From a virus, in the IMG/VR virus record IMGVR_UViG_3300030380_006483: DNA of 64,000 bases; one strand, 5' to 3'. Position 1 is the first letter of the stretch. The number at the start of each line of letters is the position of its first letter. A model generated the notes under the pieces. That model had not been told where the DNA came from, ran no database searches, and saw nothing but the letters and a program-made list of their open reading frames with translations. A program made the position numbers and the translations under genes. Of the stretch, positions 27,570-38,502 are shown piece by piece.

Positions 27570-28490
27570 ATGATTAAAGATCACACTTTATTTACTGAAA
27601 AATTTCGACCAACTAATCCTAAAGATTATATTGGAAACGAAGTATTTAAATCAAGTTTAAACCAATGGATAGAACAACAAGATATTCCACATATCTTATT
27701 GTATGGTCCCGCAGGTACAGGTAAAACTACAGCAGCTAAATTAATTATAACTAACCTAGATTGTGATTCAATTTATATCAATTGTTCAGATGAAAATGGT
27801 ATAGATACAATTAGAGAAAAAGTTAAATCATTTGCTTCTGCTGCAACATTCCGCGAATTAAAAGTGGTTATAATGGATGAAGCAGATTTCTTAACGATTA
27901 ACGCACAAGCAGCATTACGTAATGTTATTGAAACATATTCTAAAACAACACGTTTTGTATTTACTTGTAATTATATTGAACGTATAATTGATCCTATACA
28001 ATCTAGAACATCAGTATTTGAAGTATTACCTCCTTCTAAATTAGAAGTGGCTAAACGTTGTGCTACTATTTTAGATGCAGAAGGCTGTAACCGTGCAACT
28101 GATGATATTGTAGAAATTGTAAATAAAACTTACCCTGATATTAGAAAAACATTAAACTTATTACAATCGTGTATAGTTTATGATGTTGCAGGAACATTTT
28201 TACAATTAAATAAAGATATTGTTAATCAAAAACAATATACAGATCAAATTATTGATTTAATTAAATTAAAAGATGCTAAGGCATTTAATCAAATTAGACA
28301 AATTGTAGCTGATTCAAATATAAGAGACTACAATGAATTATATAGAGCCTTATTCGAAAACCTAGATTCATTCCACAACCCAGTGTTAGGTACAATTATT
28401 ATTGCCGAATCACAATATCAGTCTGTTATGGCTCCTGATAAAGAAATCACTTTCATGGGATGTATCGCAAATTTATTAAAAAATGGATAG
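27570..28490 (+). CDS. clamp loader large ATPase subunit (RFC/gp44-like)
   Basis: EKFRP, GPAGTGKTT, NCSDENGID, MDEAD, QAALR, SRT, YPDIRK. Confidence 0.92.
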   Translation: MIKDHTLFTEKFRPTNPKDYIGNEVFKSSLNQWIEQQDIPHILLYGPAGTGKTTAAKLIITNLDCDSIYINCSDENGIDTIREKVKSFASAATFRELKVVIMDEADFLTINAQAALRNVIETYSKTTRFVFTCNYIERIIDPIQSRTSVFEVLPPSKLEVAKRCATILDAEGCNRATDDIVEIVNKTYPDIRKTLNLLQSCIVYDVAGTFLQLNKDIVNQKQYTDQIIDLIKLKDAKAFNQIRQIVADSNIRDYNELYRALFENLDSFHNPVLGTIIIAESQYQSVMAPDKEITFMGCIANLLKNG

Positions 28491-28743
28491 TACACAACAA
28501 CCACAGATGAATCTAGATTTATCTAAAACAACCCCTATTGATACACCTTCAGGTGGAAAAATATGGCACACAGGGATGGTACTTAGAAAAGTATCTAAGT
28601 TCATAACTGGAACTCAAGAAGATGCTATTGTACCAATTACAATATTTTATGATCCTGAAACTAATGAAATATTAGAAGATACTTTACCTCAAGATTTAAG
28701 AGAAGAGTATGCAGGCACAAAATATAGAAAGATGCAAGATTAA
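28483..28743 (+). CDS. hypothetical protein
   Basis: 86-aa ORF between clamp-loader genes. Confidence 0.7.
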   Translation: MDSTQQPQMNLDLSKTTPIDTPSGGKIWHTGMVLRKVSKFITGTQEDAIVPITIFYDPETNEILEDTLPQDLREEYAGTKYRKMQD

Positions 28744-29150
28744 TGACAATATTTGATTGGCTTAATGAAATAAGTTATAATAAAAGACCATGGTCTTCAT
28801 TTAATAATGAGGATCGTGAATCTTTTAATTCATATATGATCAATCGATTTATATCAATGAAAAAGGATTATATTGATTTTGTTAATACAATTCAAAAATA
28901 TCCTATTAATAAAGAAACACTTTATAATTTTTATTGTAAAATAGTACCAAAAAGAAAAACATTTTTTAGATATATTAAACCTAAAAAAAGTACTTTAAAT
29001 TCAAATTTAATTACTATTTTAGCTAAACATTTTGAATTAAGTGAAAGAGAGATAAAGGATAATTATCAATTAATAGGAAAAGACTTATCAAAAATTATAC
29101 TTCAAAATATAGGTATAGATGATAAACAAATTAAAAAATTATTAAAATGA
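28743..29150 (+). CDS. clamp loader small subunit (gp62-like)
   Basis: TIFDWLNEI..K, FNSYMINRFISM, Y.FY..VPK..F.RYIK pattern. Confidence 0.7.
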   Translation: MTIFDWLNEISYNKRPWSSFNNEDRESFNSYMINRFISMKKDYIDFVNTIQKYPINKETLYNFYCKIVPKRKTFFRYIKPKKSTLNSNLITILAKHFELSEREIKDNYQLIGKDLSKIILQNIGIDDKQIKKLLK

Positions 29151-29368
29151 AACAAGAACTTTACGAAATGCTAAAAGCAGAAGCTATAGCAGATAAAAAT
29201 AAAGCTTTATTAAGCTTAAATCTACTTACTAATCACCCCGCTGGAATTGGAGATCATTCTACAAAAGACTATTGGGATAATGCTACAGAATCACTTAAAT
29301 TATTGGCTTCAGCAGAAGAAAGATTAGAAACGTTAGAAAAATATTTCGATACTAAGGAAATTATATAG
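29147..29368 (+). CDS. hypothetical protein
   Basis: 73-aa helical hairpin with PAGIGDHS; tiles operon. Confidence 0.7.
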   Translation: MKQELYEMLKAEAIADKNKALLSLNLLTNHPAGIGDHSTKDYWDNATESLKLLASAEERLETLEKYFDTKEII

Positions 29369-29994
29369 TGAAAGAAATTTACAGGGATTTTATTGGTATT
29401 TATGAAAATGCTTTTTCAAAAGAATATTGTCAATATTTAATAAATCTTGGTAAAAAAAACATATCAAATGCAAAAAGTAGAGCTAAGTCTCCTGACAATT
29501 TACCTCTTTTAATTTTTGATGATTTATCTTTTAATCTATCAGAGTATATTGATCAAAATACTAAAGAACATTTTTATAATACAGTTTCAAATCTTATAAA
29601 AACTTATATAGAAAAATATAAATGTCTTGAATATATTACTAGTTCGGGATATAATATAACAGATTTCAAATATCAAATAACTAAACCATCACAAGGATAT
29701 CATACTTGGCATTGTGAATATGATGCTTCAATCCCTAAAACGAATTTAAGATGGGGTGTATGGACTTTTTATTTAAATGATGTTGAAGAAGGGGGTGAAA
29801 CTGAATTTTTATATCAAAGTTATAGATTAAAACCTAAAACTGGAACTTTTAGTATATTTCCTGCATATTATACCCACACACATAGAGGAAACCCCCCTAT
29901 ATCTAATACTAAACATATTATAACCGGGTGGATTGAATACCCACCAGAATTTGTTAATAAAAATGAAAAAAATGACAGCAAAAGAAATACTTAA
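29368..29994 (+). CDS. 2OG-Fe(II) oxygenase (prolyl 4-hydroxylase-like)
   Basis: GYHTWHCE, FYLNDVEEGGETEF, FPAYYTHTHRGNPP, KHIITGW; GTG start. Confidence 0.88.
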   Translation: MKEIYRDFIGIYENAFSKEYCQYLINLGKKNISNAKSRAKSPDNLPLLIFDDLSFNLSEYIDQNTKEHFYNTVSNLIKTYIEKYKCLEYITSSGYNITDFKYQITKPSQGYHTWHCEYDASIPKTNLRWGVWTFYLNDVEEGGETEFLYQSYRLKPKTGTFSIFPAYYTHTHRGNPPISNTKHIITGWIEYPPEFVNKNEKNDSKRNT

Positions 29995-30301
29995 AAAAGA
30001 ATATCCATTAATCTATAAAACTTACGTAGAAGTAATGGATGAGCAATTTGAATTATTTGCTAAAAAACATCTTGATTATGGAATGGGTAATGTATCAGCA
30101 GGTACACAACTCGCTAATGATGAAGAAAAAGATTTTGCTATGACTGGTTTATGGTATAGACTATCTGATAAAATAAACAGATGGAAAAATATGATATTAA
30201 CAGATAGAAAATGCCAAAACGAGACATTAATAGATACATTCCAGGATATAACCAATTATGGTATTATTTGCCAAATGGTTTCTAAGGATAAATGGAAATA
30301 A
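29963..30301 (+). CDS. Nmad1/DUF1599-like alpha-helical nucleotide-modification-associated protein
   Basis: FAKKHLDYG..N, RLSDKINR, ETLIDTFQDITNYGII; start uncertain (29963 or 29972). Confidence 0.75.
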   Translation: MKKMTAKEILKKEYPLIYKTYVEVMDEQFELFAKKHLDYGMGNVSAGTQLANDEEKDFAMTGLWYRLSDKINRWKNMILTDRKCQNETLIDTFQDITNYGIICQMVSKDKWK

Positions 30302-31230
30302 ATTACGCTACAGATAAAGTTGTATCATTTTCACAATATTCTACTTATAAATCTTGCCCCCATAAATGGTATTTAGAATATGTAAAAGGTCATAGGGATA
30401 CAAAACCTAACATGTATTTTGTGTTTGGGACCGCTATACATGAAGCATTACAACATTATCTTCAAACTATGTTTGATACATCAGCTAAAAAAGCTGATGA
30501 TTTTAATTTAAATTTATTCTTCAAAGAAAAAATGATTGAAGAGTATACTAAATATAAGAAAAAACATGGTCATTTCGCTACACCAGAATTATTAAATGAA
30601 TTTTATTCAGATGGTGTAGGAATATTAGATTGGTTTAAAAAACATAAGCGTGGTCGAAGAAATTATTTTTCACCTCGTAAACATGAATTAAAAGGTATAG
30701 AGGTTCCTTTAATAACTAATCCAATTAAAGAAAGACCAAATATTAAGTATATGGGTTATATAGATTTAGTAATCTATAATAAAAAACTAGATGAATATAC
30801 TATATTTGATATTAAAACATCTACTAAAGGATGGAGTAAATGGGAAAAAGGAGATAAAACAAAACATAACCAACTTTATCTTTACAAACAATATTATTCT
30901 GAATTATTTAAAGTACCATTAAGTAAAATAAATGTAGAATTTTATATTGTTAAACGTAAAGTATTAGATTTTGATGATGAAAATTTAAAATCACCCCATC
31001 AAGCATACCGTGTCCAAAATTTTAAACCAGTTGATAATAAAAAACGTTTAAAAGATGCAAAAGAAGATTTTATTTCCTTTATAAAAGAATGTTATACTGA
31101 TACTGGTAATCCTATAGATAAAGAATTTGAAAAGAAAATTGATAAACCTTGTGATTGGTGTGACTTTGGAAAAAACAAAGATTTATGCGGAGCTTCACTA
31201 ACTCCCGATGAAAAGTTTTTTAGTTTTTAA
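30292..31230 (+). CDS. PD-(D/E)XK exonuclease, Cas4/RecB-like
   Basis: SFSQ..CP, GTAIH, GYIDL..FDIKT, QLYLY, CDWC..C (four-Cys Fe-S staple pattern). Confidence 0.85.
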   Translation: MEINYATDKVVSFSQYSTYKSCPHKWYLEYVKGHRDTKPNMYFVFGTAIHEALQHYLQTMFDTSAKKADDFNLNLFFKEKMIEEYTKYKKKHGHFATPELLNEFYSDGVGILDWFKKHKRGRRNYFSPRKHELKGIEVPLITNPIKERPNIKYMGYIDLVIYNKKLDEYTIFDIKTSTKGWSKWEKGDKTKHNQLYLYKQYYSELFKVPLSKINVEFYIVKRKVLDFDDENLKSPHQAYRVQNFKPVDNKKRLKDAKEDFISFIKECYTDTGNPIDKEFEKKIDKPCDWCDFGKNKDLCGASLTPDEKFFSF

Positions 31231-31263
31231 GAATCCATATATTTATATATATAAAAATAGATT

Positions 31264-31455
31264 ATGACAAAAAAAGAGTTACAACTAACAAGTGTTAAAG
31301 TTCATAAACACTTATTCGAAGAGTTTAAAATAGAGTGCGTTAAAACAAAATTTTCATTCCAAAAGCTTGCAGACCGGGCTATTTGTTTGTATCTTACAGA
31401 CGAAGATTTTAGAAAAGAAATTCATAATAAAACAAACTTAACACTAGACAATTAA
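31264..31455 (+). CDS. small DNA-binding protein, ribbon-helix-helix-like
   Basis: LTSVKV strand followed by two helices; own upstream ATATTTAT. Confidence 0.55.
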   Translation: MTKKELQLTSVKVHKHLFEEFKIECVKTKFSFQKLADRAICLYLTDEDFRKEIHNKTNLTLDN

Positions 31456-31461
31456 AATTTT

Positions 31462-32898
31462 ATGAGAGAGGGTTATTTACCAAAAGATCAAAGGAAAAAA
31501 ATCCTGTTCCTTTGTGATGATATTCGTATGCATTCAGGTGTTGCTACAATGGCAAGAGAAATTGTAATAGGAACCTGCCACAGGTATAATTGGGTTAACG
31601 TAGGAGCCGCAATTAATCATCCGGAAGTAGGAAAAAAATTAGATTTAAGCCAGGATACTGGTAATAGAGCAGGCGTTGAAGATGCTTCAGTATTTCTATA
31701 TCCACAAAATGGGTATGGTGATACTACAATATTAAGACATTTTTTAGACCTTGAAAAACCAGATGCTGTATTTATTTTTACTGATCCAAGATATTGGGAA
31801 TGGTTATTCCAAATTGAAAATGAAGTTAGAGCAAAATGTCCATTAGCTTATTTAAATATTTGGGATGATCTACCCGCACCTTTATATAATGAATCCTATT
31901 ATGATTCATGTGATATGTTGTTAGGTATTTCAAAACAAACAGAAAATATTAATAGGCTAGTTTTAGGAGATAAAGCAAAAGATAAAATTATATCTTATGT
32001 ACCTCATGGTATAAATGAAGAACAATTTTATCCAATTGATGAAAATCACGAAAAATGGAATGATCTTCAAACAGCTAAAAAACAACTATTTGGAGATGAA
32101 GAATATAAACATGTATTTTTCTTTAATTCAAGAAATATTAGAAGAAAAATGCCTTCTGATTTATTAGCTGCTTATAAAATATTTAAAGAAAATTTACCCG
32201 AAGAAGAAAAAGATGATGTATGTTTAGTATTACATACCGCTCCAATAGATGGTAATGGTACTGATTTATATGCTGTTAGAGATTTATTATTAGGTCATGA
32301 TAATAGTGTTAAATTCTCTACATCTAAATTATCTACAGAAGGTATGAATTATCTTTATAATTTAGCAGATGTAACAGTCTTACCTTCTTCAAATGAAGGT
32401 TGGGGATTATCATTAACTGAATCAATGATGGCAGGAACTATGATAATTGCTAATGTTACAGGTGGAATGCAAGATCAAATGAGATTTGAAGATGAAAATG
32501 GAGATTGGATTAAATTTGATGAAAATTTTCCTTCTAACCACTTTGGAACTTATAAAAAATGTGGAAAATGGGCTTTACCTATATTCCCATCCAACACAGC
32601 AATGGTAGGTTCACCTAAAACACCATACATTTGGGATGACAGATTAGATTTTAGAGAACTAGCAGATACATTAATGCAGTCTTATAAAATGTCTAAAAAA
32701 GAAATTAAAGAAAGAGGATTAGCAGGAAGAGAATGGGTTACATCAGATGAATCTATGGCTTCAGCTAAAAATATGAATAAAAATATTGTTAGTAATTTTG
32801 ATAAATTATTTAAAACATGGAAACCACGTCCTAATTTTCACTTTAGTAAAATAGATGAATTACCAATAAAAACATTAACACATAAATTAGTATATTAG
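31462..32898 (+). CDS. GT-B glycosyltransferase (GT4-like)
   Basis: SGVA N-motif, NSRNIRRK, PSSNEGWGLSLTESM..G..IIA..TGGM. Confidence 0.88.
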   Translation: MREGYLPKDQRKKILFLCDDIRMHSGVATMAREIVIGTCHRYNWVNVGAAINHPEVGKKLDLSQDTGNRAGVEDASVFLYPQNGYGDTTILRHFLDLEKPDAVFIFTDPRYWEWLFQIENEVRAKCPLAYLNIWDDLPAPLYNESYYDSCDMLLGISKQTENINRLVLGDKAKDKIISYVPHGINEEQFYPIDENHEKWNDLQTAKKQLFGDEEYKHVFFFNSRNIRRKMPSDLLAAYKIFKENLPEEEKDDVCLVLHTAPIDGNGTDLYAVRDLLLGHDNSVKFSTSKLSTEGMNYLYNLADVTVLPSSNEGWGLSLTESMMAGTMIIANVTGGMQDQMRFEDENGDWIKFDENFPSNHFGTYKKCGKWALPIFPSNTAMVGSPKTPYIWDDRLDFRELADTLMQSYKMSKKEIKERGLAGREWVTSDESMASAKNMNKNIVSNFDKLFKTWKPRPNFHFSKIDELPIKTLTHKLVY

Positions 32899-32900
32899 TT

Positions 32901-34196
32901 ATGAGTAAACCTTATATAGTAGTAAGTTGTCCAATTGATACTTATTCTGGTTATGGATCAAGAGCCAGAGATGTAGTCAGAGCATTAATGAGATCTGACA
33001 AATATGATGTAAAAATTTTATCACAAAGATGGGGTAACACACCTTATGGATTTTTAAATGAAGATAATCCTGAGGAGAAAAAAATGAAGGATGCTATCAT
33101 CCCCCCTCAACTTCAAAGGCAACCTGATGTTTGGATCCAAATAACAGTTCCAGATGAATTTCAAAAATTAGGTAAATTTAATATTGGTATTACAGCCGGT
33201 ATTGAAACTGATTTATGTGATGTAAGATTTATACAGGGAGCTAATAAGATGGATTTAATATTGGGTTCTTCAAATCATAGTTTATATGCATTAAAAAACT
33301 CGCAGTATGAACAAAAGGATAAGGCAGGCCAAGTAGTAGGTATAATTAAATTAGAAGCACCTACAGATATTTTATTTGAAGGGGTTGATTTAGAAAAATA
33401 TTTTCCTATTGAACCAAAAGATCTACCTAAAACAGAATTGGTAAAATCTTTAGATACAGTTGAAGAAGATTTTAGTTTTTTATATGTAGGACATTGGTTA
33501 AGAGGTGCTATCGGTGAAGATAGAAAAAATACTGGTTTACTAGTTAAAACTTTTCTTGAAACATTTAAAAATAGAAAAAAAGCACCTGCATTAATTATGA
33601 AAACTATGACAGGTCCTGCTTCTATTATGGATAGAGATGCAATATTAAAGAAGATTGATGCTATTAGAAAAAGTGTAGAAGGTAGATTACCTAATATATA
33701 CCTTATCCATGGAGATATAGAAGATTCAGATGTAAATCATTTATATAACCATCCTAAAGTTAAAGCAATGATTAATTTAACAAAAGGTGAAGGATTTGGT
33801 AGACCATTACTTGAATTTACCAGAAGTAAAAAACCAGTAATAGCATCAAACTGGAGTGGACATTTAGATTTTTTAAATGCTGAATTTGCAAGTTTAGTCC
33901 CTGGTGAAATAAAACCAGTTCATGAATCAGTAGTTCAAGATAGGTTAATACTAAAAGAATCCAAATGGTTCGCACCGGATGCAAGTTTTGCATCTTTATT
34001 GATGAAAGATTATGTTAATAGCTATAAAGGGTATGAAATTAAAGGTAAACGTTTAGCCCATTATTGTAAAGAAAACTTTTCATTTGAAAAAATGCAAGAA
34101 AAATTAGAGGAAATTATGGATAAAAATGCTCCTAAAAAAGTAGAAATTAAACTACCAAATATTAAGAAAATTTCATTACCTAAAAAAGATGACTAA
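32901..34196 (+). CDS. GT-B glycosyltransferase
   Basis: SGYG, FLYVGHW..DRKN, KGEGFGRPLLE, SNWSGHLDF. Confidence 0.85.
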   Translation: MSKPYIVVSCPIDTYSGYGSRARDVVRALMRSDKYDVKILSQRWGNTPYGFLNEDNPEEKKMKDAIIPPQLQRQPDVWIQITVPDEFQKLGKFNIGITAGIETDLCDVRFIQGANKMDLILGSSNHSLYALKNSQYEQKDKAGQVVGIIKLEAPTDILFEGVDLEKYFPIEPKDLPKTELVKSLDTVEEDFSFLYVGHWLRGAIGEDRKNTGLLVKTFLETFKNRKKAPALIMKTMTGPASIMDRDAILKKIDAIRKSVEGRLPNIYLIHGDIEDSDVNHLYNHPKVKAMINLTKGEGFGRPLLEFTRSKKPVIASNWSGHLDFLNAEFASLVPGEIKPVHESVVQDRLILKESKWFAPDASFASLLMKDYVNSYKGYEIKGKRLAHYCKENFSFEKMQEKLEEIMDKNAPKKVEIKLPNIKKISLPKKDD

Positions 34197-34647
34197 AGAT
34201 AATTTAACAATATGTCCTAAATGTGGTGGTGACGCATGTTATGTAACACCCCTGAACGCTGAAAAAAATAACTATTTTTGTTTTGGTTGTGGTTTTCAAA
34301 CTAACGATTTAATGGTTATGGGTGAATTCGATTTTGAACAATACGAAGAAACACTACCAGAGCTTTATAAGGATATTAAAGTAAATGATTCATCAGATAG
34401 GGTATGGTATCCCATTACAGTTAATATAGAAAATAAAGGTACTGTATTTGCTAAAGGTACAAGTTTATTAAATTGGCAGTGGGCTGGTGTTAAAGTGAAA
34501 GAAGTTAGTAAAAAAGAACAGGATAAATTTAAAATACCTGGAACAAATAAATCATACAAATATAAAACTGATATGAAAACTATGAAAGAATTTCCAAAAG
34601 GAGGTTTTATGGATTCATTAGAATATATTGGTTTTTTTAAAGGATAA
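34189..34647 (+). CDS. hypothetical Zn-ribbon protein
   Basis: CPKC..C and CFGC. Confidence 0.65.
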   Translation: MTKDNLTICPKCGGDACYVTPLNAEKNNYFCFGCGFQTNDLMVMGEFDFEQYEETLPELYKDIKVNDSSDRVWYPITVNIENKGTVFAKGTSLLNWQWAGVKVKEVSKKEQDKFKIPGTNKSYKYKTDMKTMKEFPKGGFMDSLEYIGFFKG

Positions 34648-34650
34648 ATT

Positions 34651-35286
34651 ATGGGAATAAGTTTTTTAGTTACAGCATATAACGAATACGAAGATTTAAA
34701 AAAATTACTAGCTCAACTTTTACAAGTTATAAAATCAACAGATGAATTAGTAATCCAATTAGATAATAAAGCAACAATTGAAGTTATTCAATTAGTAGAT
34801 AATTTTATAAAACAAAACAAAGATACAATTGAAATTAAAAAATGTCATTTTGATTTAAATAAAGACTTTTCATCATTTAAAAATAATGCTAAGGGCTATT
34901 GTACTAAAGATTGGGTATTTCAAATAGATGCTGATGAGACTTTAAGTGAAACATTTTGTAGAATATTACACGAAGTATTAGAGACAAATGAAGAAATTGA
35001 TTTAATAGCTGTACCAAGAGTTAATATAGTAAATGGTTTAACACAAGAAGATGTTACACAATGGGGGTGGCAATTAAATAATCAAGGTTGGGTTAATTGG
35101 CCAGATAGCCAACATAGAATTTTTAGAAACAAACCAGAAATTAAATGGGTAAATAAAGTACATGAAAAAATAGTAGGATGGAGAACATATGCTGAACTAC
35201 CATCTGAAGATGATTCATATGCTTTATATCATATAAAAGATATAGATAGACAAAGGGCACAAAACAAATTTTATTCAACAATATGA
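34651..35286 (+). CDS. GT-A glycosyltransferase (GT2-like)
   Basis: VTAYNE, FSSFKN, FQIDADE (DxD), WPD.QHRIF, VHE, YHIK. Confidence 0.85.
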   Translation: MGISFLVTAYNEYEDLKKLLAQLLQVIKSTDELVIQLDNKATIEVIQLVDNFIKQNKDTIEIKKCHFDLNKDFSSFKNNAKGYCTKDWVFQIDADETLSETFCRILHEVLETNEEIDLIAVPRVNIVNGLTQEDVTQWGWQLNNQGWVNWPDSQHRIFRNKPEIKWVNKVHEKIVGWRTYAELPSEDDSYALYHIKDIDRQRAQNKFYSTI

Positions 35287-36188
35287 AAAAGGTATTAATT
35301 ACGGGGGGTTATGGTATGGTAGGTTCCGCTATGGAATCTCAAATTAAATTATCAAGGGAAACTTGTGATTTAACAAATTCCAAACAAACACATAAATTAT
35401 TCCAATTAATTAAACCAGATGGTGTAATACATTGTGCTGGTAAAGTTGGAGGTATAGGGGGAAATTCAAATTATAAAGGTGAATACTTTTATGATAATTT
35501 AATGATTAATACTAATGTAATTGAATCTGCAAGAAAATCAGGTGTAAAAAATTTAGTAGCATTTTTATCAACATGTGTATTTCCTGATAAAGTAAAATAT
35601 CCACTTACAGTTGATCAAATACAATTAGGTGAACCACATGAATCAAATTATCCATATGCTTATGCTAAAAGAATGGCGGATGTTCAAATTAGAGCTTATA
35701 GAGAACAATATGGTATAAATTATACATCAATAATTCCATCTAACATTTATGGTCCTAATGATAACTTTTCATTAGAGCATGGCCATGTAATGCCCATGTT
35801 GATTCATAAATTATATTTAGCTAAGAAAAATAAAACAGACTTTACTGTATGGGGAAGTGGGAAACCATTAAGAGAGTTCATATATTCCAAGGATATAGCT
35901 AAAATAGCAGAATGGGCTTTATTTAACTATGAGGGTACAGATCCTTTAATTATAAGTGGTGATGAAGAAATATCAATTAAAGATTTAGTTGGTTTATTAG
36001 TTGATGAGTTTAAATTTAAAGGTAAAGTTATATTTGATAAAACAAAACCAGATGGACAATTAAGAAAACCATCAGATAACTCTAAAATAAAAGAACTGAT
36101 GCCTGATTTTGAATATACTCCATTTGAACAAGGTATAAAAGAAACAGTTAATTGGTTTATAGAAAACTATGATGAGGCAAGAAAATAA
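35283..36188 (+). CDS. fcl: GDP-4-keto-6-deoxyhexose epimerase/reductase (GDP-L-fucose synthase family)
   Basis: ITGG.GMVG, HCAGKVGGI, STCVFP, YAYAK, HVMP, WGSGKPLREF. Confidence 0.9.
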   Translation: MKKVLITGGYGMVGSAMESQIKLSRETCDLTNSKQTHKLFQLIKPDGVIHCAGKVGGIGGNSNYKGEYFYDNLMINTNVIESARKSGVKNLVAFLSTCVFPDKVKYPLTVDQIQLGEPHESNYPYAYAKRMADVQIRAYREQYGINYTSIIPSNIYGPNDNFSLEHGHVMPMLIHKLYLAKKNKTDFTVWGSGKPLREFIYSKDIAKIAEWALFNYEGTDPLIISGDEEISIKDLVGLLVDEFKFKGKVIFDKTKPDGQLRKPSDNSKIKELMPDFEYTPFEQGIKETVNWFIENYDEARK

Positions 36189-36726
36189 TAATTATACTTA
36201 TCATTCTATATTAAATTTAGGTTATTGGAGTAATATTTTAGAAGATGTAAATGTTAATTACTGGGTTGATAAATGTTACCAAATAAAAAATCATATCCCT
36301 TCTAGTAAAAAAAGTAATATAGAAGGGTATCAATCTCCTAATATTTTTACTCACCCTGATTTTTTTGATCTAATTTCTGTTCTTTCAAAACATATAAAAA
36401 AGTTTAAAAAAACTCCAAATTTAATAATACAATCAATGTGGGTAAATATATCTTCTTATGGTCATGCTAATTCTTTACATGTCCATAACAAATATAAAGA
36501 TGAAGATGGAGTTAAAGTAGAATCTGGAGTGTTTTATCTAAAAACAAATAGTAAAAGTGGACAACTTAGATTTTATAATCCTATAGATCTAAGTATCCAA
36601 TATGGTTTATCTCCTAAACCTTCCCAAATAGTACTATTTAACTCAGACATTTTACATAGTGTGGATCCTAATTTATCAAAAGAAGATAGAATATCAATAG
36701 CTTTTAATTACAAAATATATGGTTAA
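36169..36726 (+). CDS. putative 2OG-Fe(II) oxygenase
   Basis: MWVNI..GHANSLHVH, SGVFYL, VLFNS.ILHSV.PN, RISIAFN; sits between fcl and gmd. Confidence 0.8.
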   Translation: MMRQENNNYTYHSILNLGYWSNILEDVNVNYWVDKCYQIKNHIPSSKKSNIEGYQSPNIFTHPDFFDLISVLSKHIKKFKKTPNLIIQSMWVNISSYGHANSLHVHNKYKDEDGVKVESGVFYLKTNSKSGQLRFYNPIDLSIQYGLSPKPSQIVLFNSDILHSVDPNLSKEDRISIAFNYKIYG

Positions 36727-37693
36727 AAAAACAGCACTTATAACCGGTATAAATGGTCAAGATGGATCATATTTAGCCGAATTTTTATTAAAAAAAGGAT
36801 ATGAAGTATGGGGTACAATTAAACGTAATTCTGTAGCTGAAAATCAAACATCTAGACTAGATAAAATTTACCCTCAATTATTAGGTAAATTACAATATGC
36901 TGATCTAACCGATCTAGCATCATTGATTTCAATAATACAACAATGTCAACCCGATGAAATTTATAATTTAGCTGCGCAAAGCCACGTTAGAATTTCATTT
37001 GACCAACCTATATACACAGCACAAGCTACAGGTATAGGAACATTAAATTTATTAGAGGCAATTAGATTAACTAAACCTGATGTTAAAATGTATCAAGCAT
37101 CAAGTAGTGAAATGTTTGGTAATAATATAGATAAAGATGGTTTTCAAAGAGAAACTACCCCTTTATCCCCAGTATCTCCCTATGGTTGTGCTAAAGTATA
37201 TTCTTATAATATTTGTAACAATTATAAAAATTCATATAATTTATTTATTTCAAATGGTATTTTATTTAATCATGAATCACCAAGAAGAGGAACTAATTTT
37301 GTAACTAATAAAGTAGTTAAAACAGCGGTTGAAATTAAAAAAGGATTACGCAATGAATTAGTATTAGGTAACTTACAAGCTACTAGAGATTGGGGACATG
37401 CAAAAGATTATGTTAAAGCAATGTGGTTAATGTTACAACAAGATAAACCAGATAATTTTGTATGTGCAACAGGCATTTCCCATTCAGTGCAAGATTTAGT
37501 AGAGTATACTTTTAATAAATTAGATTTAGATTGGAATCAATATGTTAAAACAGATGCTAAATACTTACGTCCTGAAGAATTAAAAGATTTAAAAGGTGAT
37601 TCAACAAAATTAAGAGAATTAGGTTGGACAGCTGATTATACATTTGAAACAATGATAGATGAAATGATTAATTATTGGATGGAAAAATTATGA
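36719..37693 (+). CDS. gmd: GDP-mannose 4,6-dehydratase
   Basis: TGINGQDGSYLA, YNLAAQSHV, QASSSEMFG, SPYG.AK, LFNHESPRRG.NFVT, RDWGHA. Confidence 0.96.
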   Translation: MVKKTALITGINGQDGSYLAEFLLKKGYEVWGTIKRNSVAENQTSRLDKIYPQLLGKLQYADLTDLASLISIIQQCQPDEIYNLAAQSHVRISFDQPIYTAQATGIGTLNLLEAIRLTKPDVKMYQASSSEMFGNNIDKDGFQRETTPLSPVSPYGCAKVYSYNICNNYKNSYNLFISNGILFNHESPRRGTNFVTNKVVKTAVEIKKGLRNELVLGNLQATRDWGHAKDYVKAMWLMLQQDKPDNFVCATGISHSVQDLVEYTFNKLDLDWNQYVKTDAKYLRPEELKDLKGDSTKLRELGWTADYTFETMIDEMINYWMEKL

Positions 37694-38502
37694 GATTAAA
37701 AATAAAACATTTTGATAAAAAAGTATTTGAATCTAAAATGCAACATCTTAAAGATATTGATTTTACACTATTTGTAGATGATATACCACAGTCCGAAAGT
37801 GAATTAACTGATTTAAATTTTTTAGTACTACAAGAACCAAATGAATATTTTGGTTTACATGATTGGGCAATCAAAAACGAACATTTATTCTCAGCAATAT
37901 TAACTTGGGATAATAAAGTAATTAGTAGCTGTGAGCAAGCTGTATTATTGCCTTTTGGACATACTTGGATGACACCACACTTTTGGAATAAATCTTATGA
38001 TAAAAAATTTCAAGTGTCTCACTTAGCAGGTAAATTAAATAAAACATATGGTCATAGTTTAAGACATGAACTATTAGCTAGGAAAAATGAAATTAATATA
38101 GATAAAATATTTCACCACACTTATGGTAATAGACATGATATAGAAAATGCTAGGGCAGGTAAAGTAGAAATATTCGGTAATAGTCAATATGGTGTTGCAA
38201 TTGAAAATACATCACATAGAGGATATTTTACAGAAAAAATATTAGATTTATTGTTATTAAAAACAATTCCCGTATATTGGGGTTGTTCAAATATAGAAAA
38301 ATATTTTAATACAAAAGGAATTATACGTGTTGAAAATGTAGATGATATAATATACCAGGTTAATGATTTAAATCCTATATTATATGATTCTATGTCAGAT
38401 GTAATAGAAGAAAACTTTCAAACAGCATTAAAATATGTTGATTATGAACAAAGAATAGTAGATTATATAACTAAAGTTTTTAAAGAAAATAATATAATAT
38501 GA
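37690..38502 (+). CDS. fucosyltransferase-like (GT10 C-terminal motif)
   Basis: QYGVAIEN..GYFTEKILD..IPVYWG; adjacent to gmd; start at 37690 by ATGA overlap. Confidence 0.72.
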   Translation: MRLKIKHFDKKVFESKMQHLKDIDFTLFVDDIPQSESELTDLNFLVLQEPNEYFGLHDWAIKNEHLFSAILTWDNKVISSCEQAVLLPFGHTWMTPHFWNKSYDKKFQVSHLAGKLNKTYGHSLRHELLARKNEINIDKIFHHTYGNRHDIENARAGKVEIFGNSQYGVAIENTSHRGYFTEKILDLLLLKTIPVYWGCSNIEKYFNTKGIIRVENVDDIIYQVNDLNPILYDSMSDVIEENFQTALKYVDYEQRIVDYITKVFKENNII